Below are positions 1-13,853 of a stretch of DNA of 64,000 bases, piece by piece (the stretch's first letter is position 1; every line of letters begins with the position of its first letter). Location: contig NC_057719.1 of NCBI RefSeq assembly GCF_004010195.1, forward strand, positions 24,107,933-24,171,932. The letters run 5' to 3'. Under the pieces are notes generated by a model. It saw nothing but the letters and a program-made list of their open reading frames with translations, did not search any database and had not been told where the DNA came from. A program made the translations under genes and the position numbers. The stretch comes from Chiloscyllium plagiosum (taxonomy: Eukaryota).

Positions 1-540
1 GTGATGTAGTTGTCTGATGTACTGACATTGCAGAGGTTAAGCGCCAACTCTCAGACACCTCCTGTATCCCCCAGATTATGACACCACCATCAAATCTCAG
101 GCCATTGTGTCCACAAGTGACTAATCTCATTTTCCCCCACAGCCTCCAAGCTCAGATTCACCCAATCTTATACAGTCTGCATTTCCCTCCTTCCCAAAGT
201 CCACAAACAGGACTGCCTGGGCAGATCCATTGTTTTTGCTTGCATTTGCCTCACAGAATGCATCTCTTCCCACCTTGACTCGACTTATTTTCTCCTCTTG
301 TCCAGTCCCTTCTCACTTACATTGAAATTCATCTAATGTTTTGTCAGTTTCATGAATTTCTAGTTTGTGGGGTCCAGCTGCCTCCTCCTTCACCATGGAT
401 GTGCAACCCCTTAACATGTCCATTCCCATCAGGATGGTCTCAGGGCTCTTCACTTCTTCCTGGAAGAAAAGTCTGAATCATCCCCATCTGTCACTTTCCT
501 TTACCAGGCCTAGCTCATCCTCAGTTTGAATAATTTCTCC
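1..540 (+). mobile_element. Degenerate Penelope-like element reverse-transcriptase fragment
   Basis: Frameshifted translation gives LLPKVHKQDCLGRSIV, ECISSHLD, FTMDVQPL, HQDGLRALHFFLE and LILSLNNFS, resembling PLE RT motifs (LPKIHK..GRPIV, MDV.SLY, NNF). Confidence 0.7.
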
Positions 541-544
541 CAAA

Positions 545-870
545 GTGGCTACAAAAAGAATGTTTCCTCTTGTAGGTGAATTTAGAACTAGGGGATTGTG
601 TTTTAAATTTAGGAATGACCCTTTTAGGACAGAGATGAGAACTGTTTCGTCACAAAGGGTTGTGAGACTTTGAAAACCTCTACCTCTGAAGACAGTAGAG
701 ATGGTGTAATTAAATATCTTTAAGGCAGAAGTGAAAAGATTCTTGATAGGATGAGGAAGCAAGGGTTATCGCTTAGATAAGAATATGCAGTTTAAAACAC
801 AAACACAGCAGCCATGATCTTTTTGAATAGCAAAGCAGCCTTGAGAGAGTGAACAATCTAATTTTGCTCC
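545..870 (+). mobile_element. Old CR1 LINE 3' fragment
   Basis: Similar to the 3' ends of the other CR1 copies (agaactagggg...gagatgag...tttaaggcag...cagccatgatc). Confidence 0.6.
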
Positions 871-879
871 TATTTTGCA

Positions 880-1340
880 GGCATATATTTCATCTCTGGA
901 ATTCAGGTCTATTGTTTTGTGTTTGAATCAATTGTTGAATGGGATCTGGAGCCCAGTGACCTTGATAGACCCTACTCTCAGCAGTGAGCAAATAATTGGT
1001 ATGTAAGTGCCACAATATAGAATTGTTAATGATACGGTCCACTACCTTGTTGATGATTAAAAGTAGGCAACTGAGGCAGTAATTTTTGCTTTGGGTTTGC
1101 CCTGCTTTTTCGCAAAAGGGATATATCTTGGCGATTTTCACTTTGCCAGGTAGATGCTAACTTGTGGCTATACAAGAGCACCATGACTACTGATGCAGTC
1201 GAGTTTGGAGAATATCCTCTGCGCTTTCACTGGGATGTTGTCAATCCATAGCATTTTGCTATGTGGAATACACTCAGCTGTTTCTTTATATCATGTGAAA
1301 TGAATTGTATTAGGCAAAGTCTGGCATCTGTGATAAGGGG
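880..1340 (-). mobile_element. Degenerate LINE (CR1/L2 clade) RT fragment
   Basis: ORF 890..1141 (KIAKIYP..K....NY..SCLLLIINKVVD.IIN..I..HL....LLT) resembles the non-LTR RT domain 0-2 region. Confidence 0.55.
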
Positions 1341-2678
1341 ACATCACGAGGATGCTGGGCACACCACCTGAGCACAGAATAAAACAATTTTGAGTTCTGT
1401 CAACAAGTCAGGGAGACTAAAAAAGACAGTAATACTTGGAAATGAACATGTTAGTGCACAATTTAAAGGTATACAAGACAAATTGGATAAATATGTCTCA
1501 TTTGTAAGTTTTACTTTTTTTAATCTATGTCAGTTAGGGTTGAAAAGGGAACCTTACCAGTATGCCACATTCAAGTGCCCTCCTGCCAACAAATACACTA
1601 ATATAGACTTGCCTGAAGTTAAATTCCATGCTCCAAATGAGAAACTGCTGTTGTTCACCTTACTATAGCTATCGCATACTAGTGAAAGGAATACTCATAC
1701 AACCAAGAGTGGAGCAGCTCACCGGTAAAAGGTTTTTCACAGAAAAGGAGAAAAGGAAACTGAGAAATTAAGCATAATGAAACATTCAAATTCCCAACTT
1801 CCCATATAGCCCTGCAGTCAATCCACAATAACTCAATTAGTTTTGTATCAGTCAGATTTGCTGCATCTTTGGTGCCAGGGATATGCTATAATTATGAAAT
1901 TTTCAGTCTCAAGTCACTGTACTCCATTGAGTGTTTCTAAGCAACTACATTTGGATGCCTGAATCGTTCACTTTGAGATTGAATGTTTTATCTTCCCTTT
2001 TTGGTTCTGAACAATTCCCTGGCCTTGCAAGCTTCAAGAGGCAACTACTTTATTTTCAGAACGTTTACTTCTATCTATTCAAGTAGGAAGCAATTAGTAC
2101 TGCACTGTGTGTTGGAGGTTTTGGTGAAATAAGCATTGTTTATAAGAAAGCTTTTTTTCTCAGCATGTAAAAGAAGTTTGAAATTATTCACGTCAAAAAC
2201 TGAAAAGTCGCTTGTCAATAAGTTGTGGTTTGCCAATTTGTACCAGCATTGTCACAGCATCTAGGTAACAATAGGTACAGTAATGAACTGTCACTAACCA
2301 AAACAAATAAAAATAAGAGGTAAGGCACTTTGTTGGCTGGATTTATCCTGAATACATCATTATAGATGAGAAAGTGACAGGAGATAGTACAATTTTATTC
2401 CTCATTATCTCTTTTTTCCACTTCTGGTTAAGTGCTCAAGAGGCTATAGTCATAATCATGCCACTGAGGATCAACGTCAGCAGACTAGCCCAGCTAAACC
2501 TAGTCTTAGCTTTTCTCAACATAAACACATGGACTGAGGCATAATAACCACTTCAGCTTGAAAAATAAGCTTGATTTTGATTTTAAGATGCTGTCGCTGT
2601 CACTTCATAAGTTACCCTACTGTACCACCATTAAAAACTACAAAGCAAAACTGTGAAGAGTTAGTAGAAAACACTTAC

Positions 2679-2798
2679 TTCATGGAAGCCAGTGGCAACA
2701 GTACGTCGGACAAGAGTTTCAGGATCATGACAGAGGGTTGAAAAGGTTGGGTAAAGTTCAGAGTAGAAACATTTAGGATCCACAAAAAGTATCATGGC
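2679..2798 (-). CDS. PPP4R4: PPP4R4 coding exon (~exon 11), 120 bp, phase 0 to 0
   Basis: tttttccatacag|GCC ATG ATA...CAT GAA|gtaagt; AMILFVDPKCFYSELYPTFSTLCHDPETLVRRTVATGFHE; all nine exon phases are mutually compatible. Confidence 0.96.
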
Positions 2799-3054
2799 CT
2801 GTATGGAAAAATGCAAAATATATTGTCAAATGATGAATCTGTCTGGAACTGAAAACTCTTGTAATTGTTCAAGCCATAAGGTCAATGAGGTAGTGGGAGG
2901 TGGGAAAATTCTCAGCTATGCCTGCCCATCTCAGGAGAATGTGCCAGGATTGACTGAATCTTCAATGTTGTGTACTCTGTGTGAGCTGCAATCAGGCCAG
3001 CTGACCTGCGAAACAATCTGGAGACAGCAACACGGGCTGTCAGCTGTAGACACA

Positions 3055-3323
3055 GGGTGGCATGATGGCTCAGTGGTTAGCACTGCTGTCTCACAGCACC
3101 AAGGACCCAGGTTCAGTTCCAGCCTCAGGCAACTGTCTGTGTGGAGTTTGCATATTCTCCCCGTGTCTGTGTGGACTATCTTCCACATCCAAAGATGTGC
3201 AGGTTAGCTGGATTAGATTACAGGGATAGGTTAGGAGGTAGGCCTGGGTGGGATCCTTGTCGGGGGGGTCAATGTGGACTTGATGGGTTGAATGACTATC
3301 TTCCACACTATAGAGACCCTATG
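3055..3323 (+). mobile_element. HE1-type tRNA-derived SINE
   Basis: A box tggctcagtgg, B box ggttcagttcc, conserved gtgtggagtttgca.attctcccc core, CR1-like tail. Confidence 0.85.
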
Positions 3324-4797
3324 TTTAAAAGGCCGAACTCAGTGCTATGGGACTTTTGTCCAGTTTTAATGAAGAAAATGAAGATCATCCTTTCTTGATG
3401 ATCCTCTTTTTAGACCACCTCTGACCAAATTCTAGTTTACCCTTCCTCGCAGCTCCTCTTTTGGTTCAGCATATATTTTTGTCTAATCACATTCCTGTAA
3501 AATAATTTTGGCACTTATTCATTTTAAGGTGTTACATAATCTAACATACTATTTGTAATGGGAATTCATACCACATCCAACATCCTTGTGAAACAGACAT
3601 GAAGGGAAAGTCATAATTTCTCAGGATGCTTTTAAGTAACTCAGCCACATTTTGAAGTCACATATTCCGTCTTTACTCATATAACATTTTGATATTTAAT
3701 GGTTATACTGAGCTCTGTGTCCTTAACTCCACAAATAAAACTTAAATTTACATCACCAATTTATTAATTTTGAAGTCCATATTCATTGTAAAAGCTGCTT
3801 ATATAAATTGAAGTCTACCCTATCGAAAGTTTTAGTACTAGGGCCATTTTGCATTTATACATCCAATCCAATGGTTAGCCGTACAATAAGAAACTGTTGA
3901 TTCTTCGACAATTGGTTAGTTGGAAGGAAGAGATTTAATAATAGTTCAGGCTTTAAGATTATTCACATACTGGCCTCTTTCCTACCGTTATTAACTGAAT
4001 TTGTAAGGACCTCCTCTCAGCCATTAACAAAATTTGGCAGGCCATGGCCATTGTTTCATTATCCAATCTCTGCCAGACATTGAGAAATAGCCAGTCTTTT
4101 CTGGATCTGAACTGCTCCATGTCCTAATAATGATGCAACCTATTGTCTGTTCCAGGCAACCAGTTGGCTGACTACAGACATAGTCTACATGCTCTCCTCC
4201 CTCCTGTATATAGAAAAAAAAAACTAGGAAAAGAAAAAGAACACTTCTCCCAAAGGTTTGAAATGAAAGTTAAATAAATAGTCAACATTATTTTCAATAT
4301 TCTAAAATGATTCTCTTTTCTCAGCCCCTTTTCCATTTTCTACTCTTGACCTTCTTCTGTGCTCAGGTCCCTCAATGCCTTTTTTGCTTCTTCTGCCTTG
4401 CAACCTATATCTCTTTTCTTCTTATCCTCCCTTATCTAAAGGGGGAAACAGGAAACAAGAATAGATGGGACGAATACAACAAAGGACCCACATTTTTCCT
4501 ACAAACTTGATCCAACATGAAGCCTTCAGAGGATGGCAATAGTTTTCATCATCTTAACACACAAGCTATCACCTCTGAACCACGAAGAAAGGACATGAAG
4601 TACAAAAGAGGATGGTGGTAACTGGTAGAAAATTAAGAAGTGATGGGGAAAAAAACACACACCTTGGAGAAAGGTGTTGCAGTCCATATTCCCCATGTAT
4701 AATTATGTGTGTGTGTGTGTACATTGTGATCATCTGGGTAGTGAAGAACAAAACAAATCTACAGGTTAAAAGTTAGCATTTTATAATCAGCACTTAC

Positions 4798-4967
4798 TGG
4801 CAAGTTGTAGGCACAATTCTGTCTGACAGACACATATTTTGCATCCATATCTGCTGCATAGAATTGAGTTGTGTGATCACTTTGACCGTTTTCTTGTTGT
4901 AGGCCTAATGTACTAAATTTCTTGTAGAAATCCAAAAACCACATATGTTGTTCATTGGTTAAATTCC
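4798..4967 (-). CDS. PPP4R4: PPP4R4 coding exon (~exon 10), 170 bp, phase 1 to 0
   Basis: accctatttag|GG AAT TTA...TTG CCA|gtaagt; (G)NLTNEQHMWFLDFYKKFSTLGLQQENGQSDHTTQFYAADMDAKYVSVRQNCAYNLP; overlaps ORF 4759..4944. Confidence 0.96.
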
Positions 4968-6748
4968 CTAAATAGGGTAAAAAGGTAATGGTTGAAAACA
5001 GTATGATTTAACATTTGACGATAGATACGGCAAATGAGATCTCCAAATCTAGTTCTAATATTATCAATCTTAGATTTAGCCATTCGATTCCTCCATATTA
5101 TACCATGAATACCACTTTGTACATCCCTTCTACATATCTCTTCCAATTTCATATCTCTGTGTACGCAATCTGACACTCATTTTGCTACTACTAAATGCAT
5201 ATACTTAAGATTTTCTCTACTCCAACGCCATGTCACGTATACCAAATCAACATTCCCTTCTTTCCCACTCCTTTGCAACCTCCTTTCCCACAGTCTCTGT
5301 TTTACACTACACTTATCCCTAGTTTCTCTCTGGCCAAAGTATACAAGAGTACTGATCTTGGATACCAAGTCATTCACCACTCATAAATAGGGTGCCATTA
5401 TCTACGCCACTATCAATTGCACCTTCTCTCCACACTGTGTAGCAGGTTGAGGCCCTCCCAGATGTTCCATCTAGTTTCATGTGAATGCTTTTCCTAAATG
5501 CTTAAATTCCATTGATCAGTGCATATTAAGTATTACTGAAGAGGATTTATCCTAGTAACATTGCTGCAATATAATACTTCACATTGAGAATCATCCTCCT
5601 GCTAATATGGTGGCATATTTAAATTCATTTGACTACATATGTACAACAATGAATATGATTAAAATTGGTAAGCAAGTTTATTATCAACTACCAAACAATG
5701 GAAACAAAACCAAACAAATTAGCTCATACTCTAACTAGAGAAACATAACTCAACAATTTTTGAATTAGCTAAAATTAGAATGGAAGTACTGCTTGTTCTG
5801 TTTCAGTTCTGAAATTATTATTGCAACAGGAAAGATACTACACTTGTCGTGGTTCATTTTACTTTCGAGTATTAAATAAGTAACTTAAAAATAGGAAACA
5901 TTTTGGAAATAGCACTATAATATAATTAGGTTCAAAGCAAGATTTGAAAAAATGTGTTAAAGCATAAATACAAGAATCCAATAAGAATGGGATTCTAAGT
6001 CAAATAAAATAAAGATACATTAATTATTGAGATGATGGAAAATGGGAATATTTACAAAGACTAAAAATTGTCATGTGGATGCAAATAAGGCCAAAAGGAT
6101 AGATGTGAATGCTGACGAACTATGTAAGAATGGCAAAATTAATTAAAACTGGAAATAAAAAAAATTCTTGGCACTTGCAGGGCAATAATGAAATATCTAT
6201 GATATATAAAAGAAAGTCCACAAAAAAGGAGAATAGAAAACTGAGAATGCATTTGAAAATAAAAATAGGGAGGAGAGCAGAAACTAAGCATTGATAAAAA
6301 TACCTTTTTATAGTAAAAAGATAGCCATGATATAGTTAATTTAGAATTAATGTAGGCAAGTTTAGTGTGGATATACAGAATAGCGGAAAAAGTAATTACT
6401 TGCCTTTGTTTCCAGAGGTGATGGACATTGGGATTACAGAACCAGAGGTGGATGTACATCAGTCAGTAGAGGATAGATATTTTATAAAAACAAATGATAC
6501 AAAACAAATCACTCAGTTTTAATCCAAACAAATCCGAGTAAGAACCAAAGTTCCAACAATATTTTATGATAAAATGCTGAGAAAAAAAATTGTCAAAATA
6601 TTTTATCTTGCACTCATCAGGACGATTCTTGAATATCACCAATGCAAAGGGAAATAACATTTATACTATATGAGAGGAATGTGGCTATTTGATTGGCAAA
6701 TTAACTCTGATTGGCAGAGACATTGTCATGAAGAATGCATCAGTTAAT

Positions 6749-6888
6749 AAAGTTAAAAATCACACAACACCAGGTTTATTTGGAAGCACTAGTTTTTGGA
6801 GCACTGCTCCTTCATCAGGTGGTTTTGGAGTATAATCTACAACCACCTGATGAAGTAGCACCCCAGTCCAACACCGGCATCTCCAAAC
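6749..6888. mobile_element. PLE-derived fold-back insertion (hammerhead family A), internally deleted
   Basis: TSD catcagttaat at 6738-6748 and 6889-6899; same ends as the 24262 and 56091 copies; inverted cttcatcaggtggtt / aaccacctgatgaag. Confidence 0.8.
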
Positions 6889-8100
6889 CATCAGTTAATG
6901 GTGACAGTCAACTGCCAAGCTTTGTTTAGATATTGAATCACCAACTGGTCAAAGAATTGCCCTTAGAAATGAACCAGAGAATTGCTATCAGCTATTCTGG
7001 ATTGAAACAGATGGTGTCTGTGTGTACATTTTCTTTCAGACTGTAAAGAATAATGGCCTATCTATTAACATATCGGACTTCTACCAGAGGCAAGTGCCTC
7101 CCATTTGAGCTTGCCATTCAGTTAGACCATGACTGAGCTACACCTTAACTCCATTTAACTGCTTCTCTCTATAGCCCAGGTTACAGTTACTGTACCAGTG
7201 TGTGAGAGAGCGTGCATGTGAGAGAGAGTGTGTGAGTGTTGTCTAATTGAAATTCCACTTTTCCACTAAAATGGAATAAATATCTTTCACCTTTAATCCT
7301 GAATGTCGTAGTCTACATTTGAACATTATGCCTTCTTGTTCAGGATTCTCCTATTAGAGGATTTGGCTTCCCTTTATTTATCCTAATGAATCGCTGAATA
7401 ATTGTATGATACCAATTAAATTAACCCTCTCTTCCCTCAAAACCTTTTAAACTCAAAGGAACACAGACTGAGTAAGCAGTATATCCTTATACTTTGGTCT
7501 CCAAAGTACTGGCATCATTCTAGTGAATCTGTAAAGCACTATAAAGAGGTTTTGGAAGTCCAAGTGCAGTAAACAAATCTTTTAAAAGTAACAGGCAAGT
7601 ACAGGAAAATAACTTGAAGACAAATGAAATGTTGGCCTTTATAAAATCAACTCTGTTCAAATAAAGGGGAAAAAGTTATGATTCAGAATCTAAGTCCTAC
7701 ATTATTTGAGCACGATGTTTAATTTTGACACTGCAGCTCAAGAATTATATCCTGCCCTGTAGGCAATGCATCACAAATTTGTGAGGATAATATTAGGGCT
7801 CAGAGGGTTAAGTTAAGATTTCATAAACTTGTCTATATTTCTGTTGAACCCTTTCAAGGTGAACGCATCTTTCTAGAGGTCATTGCACAATGCACAATAC
7901 TTGGCTGTCGGAAGATGAGTGAACAAGGACAACAGAAAATAGTTAAATCAGTCGCTAAAAATTGACATCAAAAGTAAAAGGTAGGTTGGAAAAAAATTAA
8001 GAGTGAAGAAAACAAAAAAGAAACCTCTATTTGGCACATATGTTTTATACAAATTGTTAAAAATGGAGGTAAAAAACTAAATTAAACTTACTAAATTTAC

Positions 8101-8223
8101 CTGAGAGACCATGACAGAGCTTTCCTAGTTGGTGTGACAGTGGTGCAAGAATGCTCTCATCTGCTTTGAATGATTTCTCACAGAACATCATCACCAAGGG
8201 AAATATAATTTGGGTACGGTCAT
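8101..8223 (-). CDS. PPP4R4: PPP4R4 coding exon (~exon 9), 123 bp, phase 1 to 1
   Basis: tatcttgtcag|AT GAC CGT...CTC TCA G|gtaaat; (D)DRTQIIFPLVMMFCEKSFKADESILAPLSHQLGKLCHGLS; contained in ORF 8057..8308. Confidence 0.97.
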
Positions 8224-9753
8224 CTGACAAGATAATCAGAGAATAATGTATCACTGAAATAATAAATGTAAGGAGGAAAATGGGTAAACAAAATGGCACA
8301 AATAACACAAGTTAATTGATCGTATGAATATCAAATATTTTATGCACGATGTTATCTCCAAATAGGACTGTTTTGATAGAAAATGTTTGAGATCTACTTT
8401 AAGGGAAAAAAGTCACTTCATTTTACGATGCTGTCGAAGTAACACAAGACAACCAGCTTAGACCTTACATCATGAATATTTTTATTCTCCAAAATACAGA
8501 GATGTTTTTCTAAATTATAGATGCTATAATAAAATATTGGAAGGCATCAATGTTCTTTGGTACATGCTGATGGAACATTGGTTTCTGCAAAAGAACTGAA
8601 CTGTCACTTTTAAATTAGGGATTTATGATATGAAGTACTGACAACAATCAAAAACATTCAATTAATTCTGTGTTTATGTTAATGCAATTCATGTCAATTC
8701 AAACATCAACATTATTAGGGAACCTGTGTGGAAATATCTCCCGATTCTGGGGTGAATATTACAGACGTGGGATAAATAACGTTTATTTGTCTCCAGTCTG
8801 AAAAGACAGCACCATCTCGTCCTAATTTTAATTCATGTTCATAATAGATGTAATCATTTAGCCTTGTTTGAATGTGCTTATTCTTCATAACCTGAGAATA
8901 GCAAAATTTAATCTCTATTATCTAGGGTGTTCTATACATGCAGAAATTGAGTGAAATTTGCATGTATTTCCCAATCCAAAGCACATGAAAGTCCATTGAC
9001 TTTCCAATCACAATGACATAGAACACAGAATGACACCTAAAGTATTATGTAATTGTCGGGTGTGCTTCCAAGGTGTTCAGAATAAAGCTTGAATGTCGAA
9101 AACTCTTTTATTGATAGAGCAATTCGGTCACTTTGAGTGTCAAGCATGTACCCATCACTGAAGACAGAAAATCTTCATTTCCCCTGAAGGTTAACTCTTT
9201 CTTCATTTTTATCACTTGCAGGAGCTGAACCATTTGTAGAAGGTCCTAATAGGAAGCATCACTTAACTGTAAATCTTGGGCAATAGATCTGATTTGTGCT
9301 AGGGATCAAAAGGTATCTAACTCTAAGCATCCAGTATTGGATAATAAGGAGCATGGTCAATTTTGATATGTCAATCAAAAGTACAAAAGTACAAAGAGTA
9401 CACCTAATGCAATACTCCCTTCTTGAAGAATATAAAAATTACAATGAAGAATGATGTTCTGTTTATTGCTGGTAGCTAAGTTTACGATAAATACTGCTCT
9501 TCCAAGTATGAATCAACAAGCTTAAAATTGATTTCTAATAAAAACTAGGGAAACATTTTCATTTTAGACTAGATTTGAATAGCTTAACTCAGAGGGGTGA
9601 TTAATCATAAACACATTTAGATTAATAAAGTGAATCGTAAATTAAACACAGTTAAGACTATTGCTGACTTGTAATCCAATTTACATTCTAAATGGAGGGA
9701 AGACATAGAAGGGGAAAGGTATGTTGAGTGTTTCAAGTTCAAAGTAGTCTATA

Positions 9754-10935
9754 GGGGAGGTAATGGTAGTTGTATTATCACTGGAGTGTAATTCCAGAAA
9801 TCCAGGTAATAATCTGGGGAGGAGGGTTCGAATTCTGCCACAGATGACGGTGGAATTTGAATTCAATAAATTTCTGGAATTAGAGAATCTAAGGATGTCC
9901 ATGAGTCCATTGTTGATTGTTGTAAAACTCATCTGGTTCACTAGTGAGCTTCACAGAAGGAAACCACAGAACGTGGTGGTGAAGGGTTGTTTTTCAGACT
10001 GGAGGCCTGTGACCAGTGGAGTGCCACAAGGATCGGTGCTGGAACCACGACTGTTTGTCATTTACATAAATGATTTGGATGCGAACATAACAGGTACAGT
10101 TAGTAAGTTTGCAGATGACACCAAAATTGGAGGTATAGTGCACAGTGAAGAGGGTTACCTCAGATTACAACAGGATCTGGACCAGATGGGCCAATGGGCT
10201 GAGAAGTGGCAGATGGAGTTTAATTCAGATAAATGCGAGGTGCTGCATTTTGGGAAAGCAAATCTTAGCAGGACTTATACACTTAATGATAACTTGAAAG
10301 GGTTCAGAAAAGATTTACAAGGATGTTGCCAGGATTGGAGGATTTGAGCTATAGGGAGAGGCTGAACAGGCTGGGGCTGTTTTCCCTGGAGCTTCGGAGG
10401 CTGAGAGGTGACCTTATAGAGGTTTACAAAATTATGAGGGGCATGGATAAGGTAAAGAGGCAAAGTCTTTTCCCTGAAGTCGGGGAGTCCAGAACTAGAG
10501 GGCATAGGTTTAGGCTGAGAGGGGAAAGATATAAAAGCGAACTATGGGGGAACTTTTTCACACAGACTGTGACACATGTATGGAATGAGCTACCAGAGGA
10601 AGTGGAGGAGGCTGGTACAATTGCAACATTTATGAGGCATTTGGATGGGTATTTGAATAGGAAGAGTGTGGAGGGATATGGGCCAGGTGCTGGCAGATGG
10701 GACTAGATTGGGTTGGGATATCTGGTTGGCATGGACGGGTTGGACCGAAGGGTCTGTTTCCATGCTGTACATCTCTATGACTCTAAGACTCTAAACTGCC
10801 ATCTTTACCTGGTTGGCCTACACGTGACTAGCAATGTGGCTGATCTTTTACTGTCCTCTGGGCAATTAGGGATGGGCAATAAATGATGGCCTAGCCAGCA
10901 ATGCCCTCATCCCATGAATTAATACATTAAAAAAA
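9754..10935 (+). mobile_element. tRNA-derived SINE (SacSINE1-like) split by a CR1 insertion
   Basis: Head with ggttcgaattc B box at 9754-9946; resumes at ~10795 (aactgccatc...) and ends gggcaataaatgatggcctagccagc...ccatgaa + A-rich tail; collinear with the uninterrupted copy at 34176-34520. Confidence 0.75.
9973..10794 (+). mobile_element. Young 5'-truncated CR1 (HER1-like) LINE with internal deletion
   Basis: ORFs 9763..10347 ([13 protein letters not shown]) and 10323..10706; tail repeat ctctatga/ctctaaga; about 250 bp missing at ~10290 relative to the 50199 copy. Confidence 0.92.
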
Positions 10936-11077
10936 GGGAACAATGTGTAAAGTTATAGAGTGAAAGCAGAGTAATGACACTAAGTGAGACTCATTTGGGG
11001 AGCTGACACAGACATGATAGACCAAATGGCCTGCTCCCGCACTATGCGATTTGGTGAATCCAAAGGAAACAGAGAAG

Positions 11078-11358
11078 GTTGTAGATTCATTCACTGAGCT
11101 GGTGTGCTTTTCTGCATATGTTTAGTCACCTCCCAAGATGATATCAACAGTGCATTTTTGATAAAGTGTTGGCGGTCTGTCCCAACTGGTATATATGTAT
11201 CTCTGTTTTTTGGTACTTCTGGTTCTGTATCTGAGTGGCTTGTTTAAGGGGTCCAATTTAATGTGCTTATTGATTGAGTTCTGGTTGCAGTGTTTCTCGT
11301 GTCTCTGTTTTGCCTGTGCTCGGATGGTTACATTGTCCCAGTTGAATTTGTGTCCTTC
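11078..11358 (-). mobile_element. Penelope-like element 3' fragment (GIY-YIG C-terminal part)
   Basis: Minus translation HKFNWDNVTIRAQAKQRH and NQNSINKHIKLDPL; similar to 49020-49330. Confidence 0.7.
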
Positions 11359-11601
11359 AGGGGACTTTATAATATCTATTTGACCTAAACTTTTAAGATA
11401 AAAATTGCTTCACCATCTTACAATCAAGATCACAAAGGAATTCCATAAAATTGAATGCAATGGACAATCTCATAAGATGTATAACAGAAAGCAATTTTAA
11501 TTTGTAATTTAGTTTAAAACCTGTCTATTTCACTCTGTTATTATCAAAAACATTTTGAATATGTACTTGAAATCACTGACAATGTCTGCTTGGTAACTTA
11601 C

Positions 11602-11723
11602 CACTGTCAAACATCACAAGAAGATTTACAATGGTGTCAAATGCAGCAATACGTACACTGCTTCCTTCATCCCGAGCCAACTCTACTAATTCAGGAAGAA
11701 TTGCAGTTTTTGTCTGTTCAACC
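11602..11723 (-). CDS. PPP4R4: PPP4R4 coding exon (~exon 8), 122 bp, phase 2 to 1
   Basis: ttcattatatag|G GTT GAA...GAC AGT G|gtaagt; VEQTKTAILPELVELARDEGSSVRIAAFDTIVNLLVMFDS. Confidence 0.97.
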
Positions 11724-11924
11724 CTATATAATGAAAAGAAAAACAATTCATGTCAAAAGAGCAAAGAAAAGTCACATTGATGTAGAATGCCTTAAATATA
11801 GATCTAAAAATACTGTGGATGCTGTAAATCAGAAACAAAAACAGAAATTGATGGAAAAACTCTGCAGTTCTGGTGTCATCTGTGGAGAGAAATCAGGCAA
11901 GGCTCACTTGACCCAAAATATTAA

Positions 11925-13853
11925 GGAGAGTCAATGGGCATTTAAAAAGAGAAAGTGTTAGAAGAGCTAAAAGGTCTAAAAATTAATAAATCCCCTCGCC
12001 CGCATGGGCTACATCCTAGAGTTCTGAGGGAGGTGGCTGAAGAAATAGAGAAGGCGTTGGTTGTAATAAAAATCAGGAGTCAGGGAAAGTCCCAGGTGAT
12101 TGAAAAATTGCTGTTGTAACCCCTTGTTCAGGAAAGAATCAAGACAAAAGATGGAAAATTACAGGCCAATTAGCCTAACCTTAGTTGTAGGTAAAATTCC
12201 AGAACCCATCGTTAAGGATGAGATTTCTAAATTCTTGGAAGTGCAGGGTTGGATTAGAACAAGTCAGCATTGATTTAGTAGATTAGATTAGATTAGATTC
12301 CTTACAGTGTGGAAACAGGCCCTTCAGCCCAACCAGTCCATACCAACCCTCCGAAGAGTAACCCACCCAGAACCATTTCTCTCTGACTAATGCACCTAAT
12401 GCTATGGGCAATTTAGCATGACCAATTCACCTAACCTGCACATTTTTGGACTGTGGGAGGAAACCAGAGCACCCAGAGGAAACCCACACAGACACAGGGA
12501 GAATGTGCGAACTCCACACAGACAGTTGCTCAAGGCTGGAATCGAACCTGGGTCCTTGGTGCTGTGAGGCTTCAGTGCTAACCACTGAACCACCGTGTCA
12601 CCGTAGTCATGCCTGAAAAACCTGTTAGAATTCTTTGAAGAGGTAACAAGTAGGTTAGACCAGGGAAATCAAGTGAATGTTATCTACCTAGACTTCCAAA
12701 AGGCCTTTGATTAGGTGCCTCATGAGGCACCAAGGTGAGGGCCCGTGGTGTTCGAGGAGAGCTACTGGCATGGATTGAGGATTGGCTGACAGACAGCAGA
12801 GAGTTGGGATAAAAGGTTCTTTTGCAGAATGGCAACTAGTAACAAGTGGTGTCCCGCAGGGTTCAGTGTTGGGGCTGCCGCTGTTCACTTTATATATGAA
12901 TGATCTGGATGAAAGGACAGGGGGCATTCTGGTGAAGTTCGCAGATGATATGAGTTAGGCGGAGAGGCAAGTAATTCTGACGAGGTGCGGAGGCTGCAGA
13001 AAGATTTAGATAGTTTAGGAGAGTGGTCCAAGAAATGGCTGATGAAATTCAATATGAGTAAATGCAAGTTCTTACACATTGGAAAAAAGAACACAGGCAT
13101 GGACTATTTTCTAAATGGTGAGAAAATTCATAAAGCCAAAGTACAAAGGGATCTGGGACTGCTAGTTGAGTCCATGGACTTGCAGGTTGAGTCCATGGTT
13201 AAGAATGCAAATGTAATGTTGTCATTTATCTCAGGAGGGTTGGAATGTAACAGCTGCAATATGCTATTGAGACTTTATAAAGCTCTGGTTAGGCCCCATT
13301 TATAATACCTTGTTCAGTTTTGGGCCCCACACCTCAGGAAGGACATATTGGCACTGGAGCGCGTCCAGTGGAGATTCACACGGATGATCCCTGGAATGGT
13401 AGGCCTAACATATGACGAATGGCTGAGGATCCTGGGATTGTATTCATTAGAGTTTAGAAGGTTGAGGGGAGATCTAATAGAAACTTATAAGATAATACAT
13501 GGATTAGAAATGGTGGATGCTGGGAATTTGTTTCCATCAGGCAGGGATACTAGGACCCATGGGCACAGCCTTAGAATTAGAAGGGGCCAATTTAGAACAG
13601 AAATGAGGAGACATTTCTTCAGCCAGAGAGTAGTGGGCCTGTTGAATTCCTTGCCACGGAGCACAGTGGAAGCTAAGGCATTAAGTGTCTTCAAGGCAGA
13701 GATTGATAAATTCTTAATCTTGCAAAGAATTAAGGGATACGGGGAGAATGTGGGTAAGTGGCGTTGAAATGCCCATCTACTATGATTGAATGGCGGAGTG
13801 GACTCGATGGGCCAAATGGCTTACTTCCACTTCTATGTCTTATGGTCTTATGG
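11925..13853 (+). mobile_element. CR1 LINE ORF2 (RT) 3' portion, about 1.6 kb plus a nested SINE
   Basis: RT motifs [22 protein letters not shown]; ORFs 12985..13305 and 13348..13767; tail tatgtcttatggtcttatgg. Confidence 0.92.
12279..12602 (-). mobile_element. HE1-type SINE nested in CR1
   Basis: Reverse complement of SINE head plus (gatta)n tail at 12279-12299. Confidence 0.9.

Noticed and set aside
1558..1612. AG...GTAAGG-bounded 55-nt minus-strand segment as the next PPP4R4 exon
   Set aside because: Stop codon in the required phase (GCA AGT CTA TAT TAG) and no similarity to the expected VSKLL...QDESLE peptide; the next exon probably lies left of the window
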